DNA of 64,000 nt from an uncultured Desulfosarcina sp. (GTDB taxonomy: Bacteria; Desulfobacterota; Desulfobacteria; Desulfobacterales; Desulfosarcinaceae), in NCBI GenBank assembly GCA_963674945.2, contig CAXXWQ010000004.1, positions 1,344,001-1,408,000 of the forward strand. The letters run 5' to 3'. Made by a program: the position numbers and the translations under genes. This document shows, in pieces, positions 6,510 through 17,067 of the stretch (positions are counted from its first letter, which is position 1; each line of letters begins with the position of its first letter). Below the pieces are notes generated by a model, which searched no databases, had not been told where the DNA came from, and was given only the letters and a program-made list of their open reading frames with translations.

Positions 6510-6584
6510 TGGAGCGGGAAACGGGATTTGAACCCGCGACTTCGACCTTGGCAAGGTCGCACTCTACCACTGAGTTATTCCCGC
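6510..6584 (-). tRNA. tRNA-Gly(GCC)
   Basis: GCGGGAA/TTCCCGC acceptor stem, anticodon GCC, GGTTCAAATCC T-loop, encoded CCA. Confidence 0.97.
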
Positions 6585-6598
6585 TCAGTTGAAATGGC

Positions 6599-6628
6599 AT
6601 TTTTATCGGTTTAACGTGTGCATGTCAA
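6599..6628 (-). promoter_or_regulatory. Sigma70 promoter for the tRNA-Gly/Cys pair
   Basis: TTGACA-17 bp-TAAAAA(T) about 15 nt upstream of tRNA-Gly. Confidence 0.6.
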
Positions 6629-6637
6629 CTGCAAATT

Positions 6638-7201
6638 TCATCCGCGGAGCAATTTTCTGAACCGCAAAAAGTAGTCCGTTCCCGACCAGAGCGTTAAAAC
6701 GAGTGCACACCAGAGAAAGAACATGCCCACCGCCTGAAAGTCGAACCCGAATGCCGGGTAGTGGAGCATCAGGGGAATGATGGCCGCGATTTGAAACCCG
6801 GTTTTGTACTTTCCGAGAACCGATGCAGAGACATCCATTTCATTTTGGGCGATGATGTTGCGCAAACCGCTGATGGCCAATTCACGCCCGATGATGACAC
6901 AGGCGATCCATGCAGGCATCCACCCCAAAGCCGACAGCATGATGAGCGAAAAGGAGACCAGCAGCTTGTCGGCCACGGGATCCATCACCTTCCCGAGATT
7001 GGAAACCAGTCCGTATCGCCGGGCAAGGTATCCGTCGAAATAGTCGGTGATGGCGGCGGCGCTGAAGATCACTCCGGCAAGAAAACCGGTAAGCCGGTTT
7101 GGCATCATCAACAACACCACGATGATCGGTGCCGAAAGGATTCGAAACAGCGTCAGCGTGTTGGGATGGGTGAGAAGTGATTGGACGGGCCTGTTTTTCA
7201 T
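6638..7201 (-). CDS. pgsA: CDP-diacylglycerol--glycerol-3-phosphate 3-phosphatidyltransferase
   Basis: PNTLTLFRI and TDYFDGYLAR...GKVMDPVADK CDP-alcohol phosphotransferase motif; classic pgsA-tRNA-Gly-tRNA-Cys linkage. Confidence 0.95.
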   Translation of the reverse strand: MKNRPVQSLLTHPNTLTLFRILSAPIIVVLLMMPNRLTGFLAGVIFSAAAITDYFDGYLARRYGLVSNLGKVMDPVADKLLVSFSLIMLSALGWMPAWIACVIIGRELAISGLRNIIAQNEMDVSASVLGKYKTGFQIAAIIPLMLHYPAFGFDFQAVGMFFLWCALVLTLWSGTDYFLRFRKLLRG

Positions 7202-7252
7202 GATGCGTCGCCTGTTATCTCATTTGGGTGAATTGTGGCTTCGCTTTTTCCT

Positions 7253-7897
7253 CTATTTTTTCGCCTTTTCCCAGTCCGCCAAGAAGGCGTCGAGCCCCTT
7301 GTCCGTCTGCGGATGGGCCGCCAGCTTGCTCAGCACGTTAAAGGGAATGGTGCAGATGTCCGCTCCGGCCATCGCGGCATCTAACACGTGCAGCGGATTC
7401 CGGATGCTGGCCACGATAATCTCCGTATCGTAGGAGTAATTGGCGTAAATCTCCACGATCTGCTCCACAAGCAGCATGCCGTTTTGGGCGATGTCGTCCA
7501 GCCGTCCCACGAAGGGGCTGACATAGGTCGCCCCGGCCTTGGCCGCCATGAGTGCCTGAAGGGGGGAGAAGACCAGGGTGACATTGGTCTTGATGCCTTC
7601 TTCGGTAAGCTGCCGGGTCGCCTTGAGCCCCTCCACCGTCATGGGAATCTTGATGACGATATTCTCGTGAATCTTGGAGAGTGGTCTTGCCTCATCGACC
7701 ATGCCTGCTGCTTCCAGGCTGATCACCTCGGCGCTGATGGGACCATCCACGATCTCGCAGATCTCTTTGATCACATCCTCAAATACCCGTCCCGACTTGG
7801 CGATCAGTGAGGGATTGGTGGTCACCCCGTCGACCATGCCCATGCTATGGGCCTCTTTGATTTCATCCACGTTGGCGGTATCGATAAAAAATTTCAT
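7253..7897 (-). CDS. tal: Transaldolase / fructose-6-phosphate aldolase family (TalC/FSA)
   Basis: [35 protein letters not shown]. Confidence 0.92.
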   Translation of the reverse strand: MKFFIDTANVDEIKEAHSMGMVDGVTTNPSLIAKSGRVFEDVIKEICEIVDGPISAEVISLEAAGMVDEARPLSKIHENIVIKIPMTVEGLKATRQLTEEGIKTNVTLVFSPLQALMAAKAGATYVSPFVGRLDDIAQNGMLLVEQIVEIYANYSYDTEIIVASIRNPLHVLDAAMAGADICTIPFNVLSKLAAHPQTDKGLDAFLADWEKAKK

Positions 7898-8002
7898 TCT
7901 TCACATTCCTTTTTCCGTCTGGTAAGGTGTTGAAAATTATCAGTATACTATTTTCGCGTCTATTCACGCCCGGACAAACGCAGGAAATCTGGAATTGTAT
8001 CC

Positions 8003-8257
8003 CTATTGCCGCTCCTTTAAGAACCGGTCCCGGCAGTCGGTAGAGCAAAACAGAAGCGTCTGACCTTCGTGTTCCAAGGCCACCCCTTCCCGCCGTGGAA
8101 AATGGATACCGCATACCGGATCCTTGACCATAACGTCGTCCAGACGGGAATTGGATGCGTTCCCGACAGGGCCTGAGGTCAGGATCTTTCCGATTGCCCA
8201 GGATTTTACGGCCCTGTACACCAGGTAAACGATGACGAGCAGCAATAAAAGCTTCAC
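8003..8257 (-). CDS. YHS/TRASH-domain small membrane protein
   Basis: N-terminal hydrophobic helix; VKDPVCG...FCSTDC motif. Confidence 0.8.
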   Translation of the reverse strand: MKLLLLLVIVYLVYRAVKSWAIGKILTSGPVGNASNSRLDDVMVKDPVCGIHFPRREGVALEHEGQTLLFCSTDCRDRFLKERQ

Positions 8258-8796
8258 AATGACACGCCTCCTATTTCCGCAGGCTGGTCTCTCAGCGGAT
8301 GAACCTGCTGGCCATCGCCGTCGAGTCGCGTGAGAAGGCGGACGACAGTCTCATCCAGCACGGGATGGACGACCGACGAATTTATATCACAGATGGGCTT
8401 CAGGACAAAAGCCCTTTTGTGCATGCGCGGATGGGGGATTGTGAGCCGATCTGTGTGAATCACCAGGTCGTCGTAGAGCAGAATATCCAGATCCAGCACC
8501 CGGGGGCCGAACCGAACGGTGTCCTTCGTCCGCCCCATTTTTCGCTGAATGACCTGCACTTCGTCCAGAAGATCAAACGGGGATAGCGTCGTTTCGATCA
8601 TCACGACCCCGTTGACGAACCAGGCCTGATCCGTATAGTCCACCGGCGAGGTGCGATAAAACCGGGATGATTTCAGAACCTTCGATCGGCCCGATTCGGT
8701 GAGTGCGGCGATGCCGGCCAGACAGTTGTCCAGTTTGTCGCCCATGTTCGAGCCGACGGAAATCAACGCCAGATGCGCTGTTTCTACTTCAGCCAC
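8254..8796 (-). CDS. folK: 2-amino-4-hydroxy-6-hydroxymethyldihydropteridine diphosphokinase
   Basis: GSNMGD, FGPRVLDLDILLY, IPHPRMHKRAFVL. GTG start at 8796 overlaps the dapF end. Confidence 0.93.
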   Translation of the reverse strand: MAEVETAHLALISVGSNMGDKLDNCLAGIAALTESGRSKVLKSSRFYRTSPVDYTDQAWFVNGVVMIETTLSPFDLLDEVQVIQRKMGRTKDTVRFGPRVLDLDILLYDDLVIHTDRLTIPHPRMHKRAFVLKPICDINSSVVHPVLDETVVRLLTRLDGDGQQVHPLRDQPAEIGGVSL

Positions 8797-9611
8797 GCCT
8801 CCTCCCACAATTCGCCGTTGTAGATCACCCGGGCGTCGCCTTCCAGGCATACCTCTTCGTATCCTGCTGCCGTGGGGGTAAAATGCACGGTCAGTCGTCC
8901 GCCGCTTCGGGTGGTCAGTATCACGGGTGATTCGACCTTGCCGCGTGCATGCAGAATCAGTGCTGCAGCCACGTTGCCCGTTCCGCAGGCCAGGGTTTCA
9001 TCCTCCACGCCCCGTTCATAGGTGCGGATGAAAAGCTCCCGGTTTTTCCCGAAAGCGACGAAGTTGGCATTGGTGCCGGCGGGGAAAAAATCGGCATGGT
9101 GCCGGATCAAACGGCCGGTTTCCACGACATCCACCGCATCGATGTCGTCGACGACGACCACTACGTGGGGAACGCCGGTATCGACGCTGCCCACCGAAAG
9201 AGAGCTGTCGGCCACGGAAAGTTCCCGTCGGGGCACGAGATTCACGGGATCGGTCATGCGAATCTTCACCCCTTCTCCCACGACATGCGCCTGGATGGTC
9301 CCCGCGAGTGTATCGAAGGAAAGATGGCGACCGCAAATCCCATGAAGAAATGCGAACCGGGCCGCGCAGCGGGCGCCGTTGCCGCACATTTCGGCGACGC
9401 TTCCGTCCGCGTTGAAGAACCGCCACATGAAATCGACCGTATCGGAAGGCTCGATAAGGATCAGGCCGTCGGCACCCGCGGAGACTCTTCTGCGGCAGGC
9501 ACCGACGATCAGGCGATGCAATCGATCTTCGGGAATTTTTTTGTCCCGGTTGTCGATGATGATGAAATCGTTACCGCTGCCGCTCATTTTGTAAAAAGAG
9601 ATTGGCTTCAT
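8784..9611 (-). CDS. dapF: Diaminopimelate epimerase
   Basis: FYKMSGSGNDF, EMCGNGARC, ERGVEDETLACGTG. Confidence 0.96.
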   Translation of the reverse strand: MKPISFYKMSGSGNDFIIIDNRDKKIPEDRLHRLIVGACRRRVSAGADGLILIEPSDTVDFMWRFFNADGSVAEMCGNGARCAARFAFLHGICGRHLSFDTLAGTIQAHVVGEGVKIRMTDPVNLVPRRELSVADSSLSVGSVDTGVPHVVVVVDDIDAVDVVETGRLIRHHADFFPAGTNANFVAFGKNRELFIRTYERGVEDETLACGTGNVAAALILHARGKVESPVILTTRSGGRLTVHFTPTAAGYEEVCLEGDARVIYNGELWEEAWLK

Positions 9612-9628
9612 GGCTCCTCAGAATCATT

Positions 9629-9647
9629 GACGGCTTCGTAAGAAGCC
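9629..9647. repeat. Remnant terminus of MITE-like family A
   Basis: TGACGGCTTCGTAAGAAGC matches the ends of the copies at 15071 and 59076. Confidence 0.55.
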
Positions 9648-9676
9648 TTTCGAAACCCTAATTTTATATCGATTCA

Positions 9677-10150
9677 TCAATCCGTGACCGGTGTTCGGGA
9701 CCAGACGTCGACATCCACAAGATCGGAATCGGGTCCGGTTCCACCGGGCATCACCAGGTTGACCTTGAAAACGTAGTGATAGTCCGATTCCACAGGAACC
9801 TGCAGTTCATACCGATTATCGTCGCGATCCACATATCCGATGGTGGCCATTTTCTCGAACACCTGGAGGCATCCTTGGCAAACCTCCATTTCAAGGGAAG
9901 ACTTTGCGCCGTAGATGACAAACTTCGCATGCTTCGCCTGTGTTCGGTGCAGTGGTTCAGACAAGGACCAGGTCAGTTTCACCCATGGCGCCTGTACGAC
10001 GCCGGCCAGGTCCACCACCCGGGGCACGGGCCGCTGCCAAAGGGGTTTCGGCGGCCCCTTGACGCCGCAGCCGGCAAACGACAAAACGCACAGCCAGCCA
10101 ATTACCGATAGCCCCAACCAGAAGGTGGTCTTACCCCTTTTCGACATCAC
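9677..10150 (-). CDS. Lipoprotein (LptM/LPAM-like lipobox)
   Basis: Signal peptide plus FAGCGVKGPP; conserved position downstream of argH. Confidence 0.8.
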   Translation of the reverse strand: MMSKRGKTTFWLGLSVIGWLCVLSFAGCGVKGPPKPLWQRPVPRVVDLAGVVQAPWVKLTWSLSEPLHRTQAKHAKFVIYGAKSSLEMEVCQGCLQVFEKMATIGYVDRDDNRYELQVPVESDYHYVFKVNLVMPGGTGPDSDLVDVDVWSRTPVTD

Positions 10151-11532
10151 GCCTTCTTGGCCAGCGCTTTCCTGGCGTCGGACAGGGCCTCGACGACCCG
10201 CTCGGTGGCCGTTCCACCGAGACTTTGACGGCGGTCGATCATGTGTGCGACGGTCAGGTGTTCAAAGATATCCGCCTGGATCAGCGAAGAGAACTCTTTC
10301 AGCTCATCCAGGGTCAATTGGTCAAGTTCCTTACCCGTGTCCAGTGCATAGGCCACGGCGCTTCCCACACAGGCGTGGGCTTTTCGAAACGGCATCCCCC
10401 TGGCCACCAGGTAATCGGCCATGTCCGTCGCGTTTAAAAATCCCGCAGATGCGGCCTTTGCCATGGCCGCTTTGTTGACGGTGATGTTGGGGAGCATCGC
10501 GACGTTGATGGAGAGACAGGCCCTAAGTGTGTCCACGGCATCGAACAGCGGCTCCTTGTCCTCTTGCATGTCGCGGTTGTACGCCAAGGGAAGGCTCTTC
10601 ATGATGGTGAGCAGGGATACCAGTGCCCCGAATACCCGTCCGGACTTTCCGCGCACGATCTCGGGGATATCCGGATTCTTTTTCTGGGGCATGATGCTGC
10701 TGCCCGTCGAAAAGGCATCGGACAAGGTGATGAATCCGAACTCCGATGTGGACCAGAGCACCAGTTCCTCGGAAAGCCGGCTTAAATGAACCATGCAGAT
10801 ACCGGCGTCGGCGAGAAACTCCATGACAAAATCACGATCGGACACCGCATCCATGCTGTTGGCGCTTACCTTGGGAAAATCCAGCAATTTGGCAACAAAT
10901 TCACGGTCGATGGGATAGGTGGTGCCGGCCAGGGCCGCCGCCCCCAAAGGCATGACGTCGATGCGTGCCAGACAGTCGGCGAAACGATCCTGGTCCCGGG
11001 AAAACATCTCGTAATAGGCCAGCATGTGGTGGGAAAAGAGTACGGGCTGCGCCCGCTGGGTGTGGGTGTAGCCGGGCATGACCACATCCTTGTGGGCGTC
11101 GGCCAGATCCACCAGCACCGTGCGCAGAGAGTGCAACAGATCGAGGATGCGACGGGTCTCTTCCCGCAGATACATGCGAACGTCCAGAGCCACCTGGTCG
11201 TTGCGGCTGCGGGCGGTGTGCAGTTTGAGGGCCACCTTCCCCGCCACCTGCAACAGACGGGCTTCGATGTGCATGTGGATGTCTTCCAGGCTGTCATCGA
11301 ATTCGAAATCTCCGCGATCCAACTCCCGTTTGATGGTGCCAAGCCCCTCCACCAGCTGTACCGCCTCCGCATCGGTGATGACGCCGACCTTGGCCAGCAT
11401 TTTACAATGGGCGATGGAACCTTTGATATCGTACGGATAGAGCTTGCTGTCATATGCGATGGAAGCGGTGAAGGCCTCCACGCTTTTATCCGTCTTCTCG
11501 GAAAAGCGACCGTCCCAGGGTTTTCCCACCAT
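10147..11532 (-). CDS. argH: Argininosuccinate lyase
   Basis: LHTARSRNDQ, GSSIMPQKKNPD. Confidence 0.97.
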   Translation of the reverse strand: MVGKPWDGRFSEKTDKSVEAFTASIAYDSKLYPYDIKGSIAHCKMLAKVGVITDAEAVQLVEGLGTIKRELDRGDFEFDDSLEDIHMHIEARLLQVAGKVALKLHTARSRNDQVALDVRMYLREETRRILDLLHSLRTVLVDLADAHKDVVMPGYTHTQRAQPVLFSHHMLAYYEMFSRDQDRFADCLARIDVMPLGAAALAGTTYPIDREFVAKLLDFPKVSANSMDAVSDRDFVMEFLADAGICMVHLSRLSEELVLWSTSEFGFITLSDAFSTGSSIMPQKKNPDIPEIVRGKSGRVFGALVSLLTIMKSLPLAYNRDMQEDKEPLFDAVDTLRACLSINVAMLPNITVNKAAMAKAASAGFLNATDMADYLVARGMPFRKAHACVGSAVAYALDTGKELDQLTLDELKEFSSLIQADIFEHLTVAHMIDRRQSLGGTATERVVEALSDARKALAKKA

Positions 11533-11540
11533 GGTCCTTC

Positions 11541-12752
11541 TTACCCTTTCCGTTCCATTAATTTGCGAATCCGCAGGCGCAGGGCATGAAGCCGGATGAA
11601 TCCTTCGGCATCCGCCTGCCTGTATACATCGTCATCCTCGAAGGTCGCATGGGCCTCACTGTAAAGGGAGCGGTCGGATTTTCTGCCTCTGACGATGCAG
11701 TTTCCCTTGTACAATTCGAGGCGGACCACCCCGGAAACGTTGGTCTGGGTACTGTCGATCATCTTCTGTAGTACCTCCATCTCCGGAGAGAACCAGAAGC
11801 CATTGTATATGAGCTCTGCGTATCTTGGAATCTGCGAATCTCTCAGGTGCATCACCTCACGATCCATTGTGATGGATTCCATGGCCATGTGGGCCAATCG
11901 CAAGATGGTGCCGCCGGGTGTCTCGTAGACACCTCTCGATTTCATGCCCACGAAACGGTTCTCCACGAGGTCGACGCGGCCGATGCCGTGCTTTCCGCCC
12001 AGCCGGTTCAACACGGCAAGCAAATTGGCCGGTGAAAGGGCCTTGCCGTCGATTGCCACCGGATCACCGGCGTCGAAGGTGATCTCTATGGTCTCGGGTT
12101 CGTTCGGGGCATCCTTGGGCGAGACCGTCAAGGTGAAGATGTCGTCCGGTGGTGCGGCCCATGGATCCTCAAGGATTCCACCTTCGTAGCTGATGTGCAA
12201 GAGGTTGCCGTCGGTACTGTATGGTTTGGCGTGGGTGGTGGGTACCGATATACCGTGTTTTTCCGCAAAGGCCATGAGGGCGGTCCGGGAAGTAAGGTCC
12301 CACTCACGCCATGGCGCCACGATCTTTATGGCCGGATTCATGGCGTAGTAGCCCAACTCGAAACGGACCTGGTCGTTGCCCTTTCCCGTGGCGCCGTGGC
12401 TCACCGCATCGGCGTCTTCCATGGCGGCGATCTCCATCTGCCGCTTGGCGATGAGGGGTCTGGCGATGGCGGTTCCCAGCAGGTATTGTCCTTCGTAAAT
12501 CACGTTGGCCCGAAAGGCGGGAAAGACATAATCCTTGACGAACGTCTCCTTCAGGTCATCCACATAGGCCTTGACCGCCCCGGTCTTCAAGGCATTGGCC
12601 TCCACATGGTCCATGGCATCGACCTGGCCGATGTCGGCGGAAAAGGTAACCACTTCGCATTCGTAGGTTTCGATGAGCCACCGCAAAATCACCGATGTGT
12701 CCAGACCACCCGAATATGCCAGCACCACTTTGTTTATTTTTTTATCACCCAC
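11541..12752 (-). CDS. argG: Argininosuccinate synthase
   Basis: [33 protein letters not shown]. Confidence 0.97.
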   Translation of the reverse strand: MGDKKINKVVLAYSGGLDTSVILRWLIETYECEVVTFSADIGQVDAMDHVEANALKTGAVKAYVDDLKETFVKDYVFPAFRANVIYEGQYLLGTAIARPLIAKRQMEIAAMEDADAVSHGATGKGNDQVRFELGYYAMNPAIKIVAPWREWDLTSRTALMAFAEKHGISVPTTHAKPYSTDGNLLHISYEGGILEDPWAAPPDDIFTLTVSPKDAPNEPETIEITFDAGDPVAIDGKALSPANLLAVLNRLGGKHGIGRVDLVENRFVGMKSRGVYETPGGTILRLAHMAMESITMDREVMHLRDSQIPRYAELIYNGFWFSPEMEVLQKMIDSTQTNVSGVVRLELYKGNCIVRGRKSDRSLYSEAHATFEDDDVYRQADAEGFIRLHALRLRIRKLMERKG

Positions 12753-12779
12753 AATACAAAACTCCTATAGAACGTTATC

Positions 12780-12827
12780 AGTGCCCATCCAGAAATGGCC
12801 AATTTGCCCGATTTCTGAATAGACACT
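12780..12827. repeat. Internally deleted 48-bp copy of MITE-like family B
   Basis: Imperfect TIRs AGTGCCCATCCAGAAAT / ATTTCTGAATAGACACT. Internal GGCCAATTTGCCCGAT matches the reverse complement of the right end of the 55717 copy. Confidence 0.7.
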
Positions 12828-12829
12828 AG

Positions 12830-14008
12830 TTACAAAATCTCATCCAGACATTCAACCAGTCGATCGATATCACCTGTCTCGATGATGAGCGGCGGCACGA
12901 ATCGAAGGGTATCGCCCTGGACGCAGTTGATCAAAAATCCCTTTTCCATGACCGCGGGCACCAGTTCATCGGCCGGCCCATCCAGGCGAATGCCCAGCAG
13001 CAAACCTTCTCCCCGGACTTCGATCACACACGGGTGGTCTTCTTTCAATTGCCTGAGCCGGTCCTTGAAGTATCGGCCCACCTCGCGGGCACGGTCCACC
13101 AGTTGCTCCTCCAAGATGATCTTCAGGGTCTCCAGCGCCGCCGCCGACACCAGGGGTGTCCCGCCGAAGGTGGAGGCATGGGCGCCGAACCCGAAGGCGG
13201 CGGCCACCTGCTCGGTGGCCAGCATGGCACCGATGGGAAGACCGTTGGCAAGCGCCTTGGCCAGGGTCATGATATCCGGTGTTACACCATAGTGCTCGTG
13301 GGCGAACAACTTTCCGGTCCGTCCCATGCCCGTCTGGATTTCGTCCAGGATCATCAATATACCGCGCCGGTCGCAGAGGTCTCGCACATTTTTAAGATAT
13401 TGGGGATCCGGGCAACAGATCCCCCCCTCTCCCTGGATGGGTTCCAGCATGACCGCACAGGTGTGATCGTCAATGGCCGATTCCAGGGCATCCATATCGT
13501 TAAAGGGAACGAAGGAAAATCCCTCCAGGACCGGATCGAAGCCTTTTTTGATCTTGTCCTGCCCCGTGGCGGATAAAGTGGCCATGGTTCGTCCGTGAAA
13601 GGATCTTTCCATGCTCACGATGCCGAACCGCTGTGCCTCTCCCCGGTCCTTGAAATATTTTCGCGCCAGCTTTATGGCCGCCTCGTTGGCCTCGGCACCG
13701 GAGTTGGCGAAAAAGACCCGATCGGCAAAACTGTTCTCCACCAGCATCCGGGCCAGTTCAGTCTGGGGGATGGTGTAATACAGATTGGAGACGTGCACCA
13801 GTTTCCTGGCCTGATCGGCAACACACGCTGCGATGCGGGGATGGGCATGGCCCAGGCTGCAAACGGCAATGCCCGAGACGAAATCGGTGTATTGACGTCC
13901 CTTCGTATCCCAGACCGATGTCCCAGCCCCTTTTTCCAACACGATGGGAAAGCGTTTGTATGTCATAAAAATGGCTTGATCCGCCATTTGCATAATTTCT
14001 TCTGTCAT
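12830..14008 (-). CDS. argD: Acetylornithine aminotransferase
   Basis: NSGAEANEAAIKLA, DEIQTGMGRTG, TLAKALANG; arg operon context. Confidence 0.95.
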   Translation of the reverse strand: MTEEIMQMADQAIFMTYKRFPIVLEKGAGTSVWDTKGRQYTDFVSGIAVCSLGHAHPRIAACVADQARKLVHVSNLYYTIPQTELARMLVENSFADRVFFANSGAEANEAAIKLARKYFKDRGEAQRFGIVSMERSFHGRTMATLSATGQDKIKKGFDPVLEGFSFVPFNDMDALESAIDDHTCAVMLEPIQGEGGICCPDPQYLKNVRDLCDRRGILMILDEIQTGMGRTGKLFAHEHYGVTPDIMTLAKALANGLPIGAMLATEQVAAAFGFGAHASTFGGTPLVSAAALETLKIILEEQLVDRAREVGRYFKDRLRQLKEDHPCVIEVRGEGLLLGIRLDGPADELVPAVMEKGFLINCVQGDTLRFVPPLIIETGDIDRLVECLDEIL

Positions 14009-14032
14009 GAATTTTCTCCGAATATATGGAAA

Positions 14033-14149
14033 GAGTGTTAAGTGTAAAGTGATTAAGTTATGGTATTATATCGATTCATATTTTTGGCTACGAGCAAATA
14101 CTTGAACAATATAAAATCGATCTCCATCCTTCCCTTAACACTTAACACT
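14033..14149. repeat. Heptamer-armed palindromic element (family C, copy 1)
   Basis: (AGTGTTA)n left arm and (TAACACT)n right arm, internal ATCGAT...ATCGAT. Alignable with 26442-26572 and 55633-55867. Confidence 0.8.
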
Positions 14150-14153
14150 TTTT

Positions 14154-15050
14154 TTATTCCGTTACCTCCGTGCCAATCCCTCTATCCGTAAACAACTCTA
14201 ACAAGAGGGCGTGACGCCGCTTTCCGTTGATAATCGGCACCTTTTCCACGCCGTTTCGAATGGCGTGGAGGGCAAACTCGATTTTGGGAATCATGCCGCC
14301 ACTGATGCTGCCGTCGGCGATCATGCGGCCGATCGTATCCGCATCGATGGAGGAGATCAGCGCTCCCGTAGCGTCCAGCACCCCGTCCACATCCGTGAGC
14401 AGAAAGAGCCTTCCCGCGGACAGCGCCGTCGCCATGTGGCTGGCCACCAGATCCGCATTGATGTTATACGTCTCGCCGTTGGGTCCTGCGCCCACCGGTG
14501 CGATGATGGGAATGAATCCCTTTTGGGAAAGGGTGTGGATAATGTCCGGATTGATCCGGGTCACCTCTCCCACCATGCCCGGATCGATGATCTCCGGCGG
14601 GCTGTTGTCATCGGATCGATGGACGATCCGCATCTTCTCGGCCTGGATGAGCCCGCCGTCTTTGCCGGAAAGGCCGACCGCCTTTCCCCCCTGCTGGTTG
14701 ATCTGGGCCACGATCGCCTTGTTCACCTTGCCCCCCAGCACCATCTCCACCACGTCCATGGTGGGACCGTCGGTGAGCCGCATGCCACGTATGAACTGGG
14801 GCCGGATACCCATCTGGTCAAGCACCCGGTTGATTTGGGGGCCACCACCGTGGACCACGACGGGATTGAGTCCGATGAACTTCAAAAGGGTGATGTCCCT
14901 TGCAAAATCGACCTTGAGTTGCTCGTCCACCATGGCATGGCCACCGTATTTCACCACCACGGTCATGCCGGAAAACTTCCGGATATAGGGTAGCGCCTCA
15001 ATGAGGATATCAGCCACGGTGGAATTGGATGTGTGGGCTTGTTCAATCAT
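14154..15050 (-). CDS. argB: Acetylglutamate kinase
   Basis: VVKYGGHAM, VHGGGPQI, NINADLVA, GGMIPK. Confidence 0.96.
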   Translation of the reverse strand: MIEQAHTSNSTVADILIEALPYIRKFSGMTVVVKYGGHAMVDEQLKVDFARDITLLKFIGLNPVVVHGGGPQINRVLDQMGIRPQFIRGMRLTDGPTMDVVEMVLGGKVNKAIVAQINQQGGKAVGLSGKDGGLIQAEKMRIVHRSDDNSPPEIIDPGMVGEVTRINPDIIHTLSQKGFIPIIAPVGAGPNGETYNINADLVASHMATALSAGRLFLLTDVDGVLDATGALISSIDADTIGRMIADGSISGGMIPKIEFALHAIRNGVEKVPIINGKRRHALLLELFTDRGIGTEVTE

Positions 15051-15071
15051 TATGGTTTCCAGTTCAAGGTT

Positions 15072-15113
15072 GACGGCTTCGTAAAAAGCCCGATATCTTC
15101 ATTACGCTTCATC
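15072..15113. repeat. Truncated MITE-like family A copy
   Basis: TGACGGCTTCGTAAAAAGCCCGATATCTTCATTACGCTTCATC aligns with the left end of the 59076 copy. Confidence 0.75.
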
Positions 15114-15118
15114 ACACA

Positions 15119-16483
15119 TTACAAAATATAACGGCTCAGATCCTCGTCTTCCACGATCGCCTTGAGTTTATCCGAGACGTAGGCCGCATCCACGGTCAAG
15201 GCACTGTTCTGTGCATCCGGTGCATCGAAGAGGATGTCTTCCAGCAGCCGTTCCATCAGCGTGTGAAGTCGCCGTGCGCCGATATTTTCCGTTCGCTGAT
15301 TCACCGTCTCCGCGATCTCGGCGATCTTCTTTACCGCATCGTCGGAAAAAGAGAGGTCCACGTTTTCGGTTCTGAGCAGGGCGATATACTGCAGCAGCAG
15401 GGCGTTCTTGGGTTCGGTCAAGATCCGAAAAAAATCTTCTCGGTTGAGGGCATCCAGGGTCACCCGAATGGGAAACCGGCCCTGAAGCTCGGGGATCAGG
15501 TCCGAGGGTTTGATGGTGTGAAAGGCACCGGAAGCGATAAAAAGGATATGGTCGGTCTTGACCGGACCGTACTTCGTATTGACCGTGGAACCTTCCACGA
15601 TGGGAAGCAGATCCCGCTGCACCCCCTCCCTGGAAACATCCGGCCCGTGGCCGCCGCCGTTGCCGGCAATCTTGTCGATCTCGTCCAAGAAAATGATACC
15701 GGCCTGTTCCACCTTGGCGATGGCCTCCTGGATTACCTGGTCCATGTCCACGAGATTCTGGGCCTCCTCCGCAGCCATGGTATGCATGGCCTCGGGGACC
15801 TTGATTTTCCGCCGTCGTGTATTCTTGGGCATCAACGGCCCCAACATATCCTTGAAATTGATTCCCATCTCCTCCATGCCGACGTTGGAAAAAATCTCGA
15901 CCATGGGCATGTTTCGATCCGTCACATCCAGATCCACATAGCGGCTGTCCAGTTTCCCGGCCTTGAGCATCTTTCGCAGCTTCTCACGTGTCGACGAGGC
16001 GGTATCGGTGTCGGACGAAATCACCTCCAGACCACCTTCTGTGGAAGCATTTGCCCCGGGACGGTCGGACTTGGGCAATAAGAGATCCAGCATCCTTTCC
16101 TCGGCGATGCGCCAGGCTTTCTCCTTGACCGCCTCCTGCTGCGCGGCACGAAGGTTGTTGACAGTAAGTTCCAGCAAATCGCGGACCATGGACTCCACGT
16201 CCCGTCCCACGTATCCCACCTCGGTGAACTTGGACGCCTCCACCTTGTAGAAAGGAGAATCGCTCAAGCGTGACAGCCTCCTGGCAATTTCGGTTTTTCC
16301 GACCCCCGTAGGCCCGATGAGGATGATGTTTTTCGGTGCGATTTCGTCCCGCAGGGAATCAGGCACCTGTCGGCGACGCCAGCGGTTCCGCAAGGCGATG
16401 GCCACCGATCGTTTGGCCGTAGTCTGACCGATGACGTATTTGTCCAGTTCTGCGACGATTTCTGCTGGTTTCAGGTCTTTCAT
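15119..16483 (-). CDS. hslU: ATP-dependent protease ATPase subunit HslU
   Basis: [36 protein letters not shown]. Confidence 0.97.
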   Translation of the reverse strand: MKDLKPAEIVAELDKYVIGQTTAKRSVAIALRNRWRRRQVPDSLRDEIAPKNIILIGPTGVGKTEIARRLSRLSDSPFYKVEASKFTEVGYVGRDVESMVRDLLELTVNNLRAAQQEAVKEKAWRIAEERMLDLLLPKSDRPGANASTEGGLEVISSDTDTASSTREKLRKMLKAGKLDSRYVDLDVTDRNMPMVEIFSNVGMEEMGINFKDMLGPLMPKNTRRRKIKVPEAMHTMAAEEAQNLVDMDQVIQEAIAKVEQAGIIFLDEIDKIAGNGGGHGPDVSREGVQRDLLPIVEGSTVNTKYGPVKTDHILFIASGAFHTIKPSDLIPELQGRFPIRVTLDALNREDFFRILTEPKNALLLQYIALLRTENVDLSFSDDAVKKIAEIAETVNQRTENIGARRLHTLMERLLEDILFDAPDAQNSALTVDAAYVSDKLKAIVEDEDLSRYIL

Positions 16484-16486
16484 GGT

Positions 16487-17044
16487 TTATAGCTCTTCGA
16501 TGGTGATGCGGTCGTTTGTGAAAACACAAATGGAGGCAGCGATACTCATGGCCGTCTCGACGATCCGACGGGCATCCAGGTCGGTCTCCCGGCAAAGAGC
16601 CGTCGCCGCCGCCTGGGCCGCGACCCCACCGGACCCGATGGCGACCATGCCTTCATCCGGCTCGATGACATCTCCGTTTCCGGAAATCAGAAGCATGGCC
16701 TCACCATCCACGGCGATCATCAGGGCCTCCAGGCGTCGAAGATACTTATCCGCCCGCCAGTCCCGGGCCAGTTCCACGGCCGACCGTGTCAGGTTGCCAT
16801 TGTACCGCTCCAGCTTCTGTTCCAGCTTCTCGGTGAGGGTCAGGGCATCGGCCGTGGCACCGGCAAACCCCACCAGAATGGTATCGTTGTAAATTCGCCG
16901 TACCTTGCGTGCATTGTGCTTGATGACAGTATTGTTCAACGTCACCTGACCGTCGCCGGCCATCACCACGCGATCTTTTCCGCGCACGGCCAGGATCGTG
17001 GTCCCGTGAAAGCGAATGGAAGGTTCATTTGGATGAGGAATCAT
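16487..17044 (-). CDS. hslV: ATP-dependent protease peptidase subunit HslV
   Basis: GTTILAV...[20 protein letters not shown]. Confidence 0.97.
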   Translation of the reverse strand: MIPHPNEPSIRFHGTTILAVRGKDRVVMAGDGQVTLNNTVIKHNARKVRRIYNDTILVGFAGATADALTLTEKLEQKLERYNGNLTRSAVELARDWRADKYLRRLEALMIAVDGEAMLLISGNGDVIEPDEGMVAIGSGGVAAQAAATALCRETDLDARRIVETAMSIAASICVFTNDRITIEEL

Positions 17045-17067
17045 GAGAAAAAAATAATCTCCTTTTA

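Noticed and set aside
14033..14149. Heptamer repeats or MITEs as a CRISPR array
   Set aside because: No regular repeat-spacer periodicity and no cas genes; these are dispersed palindromes.
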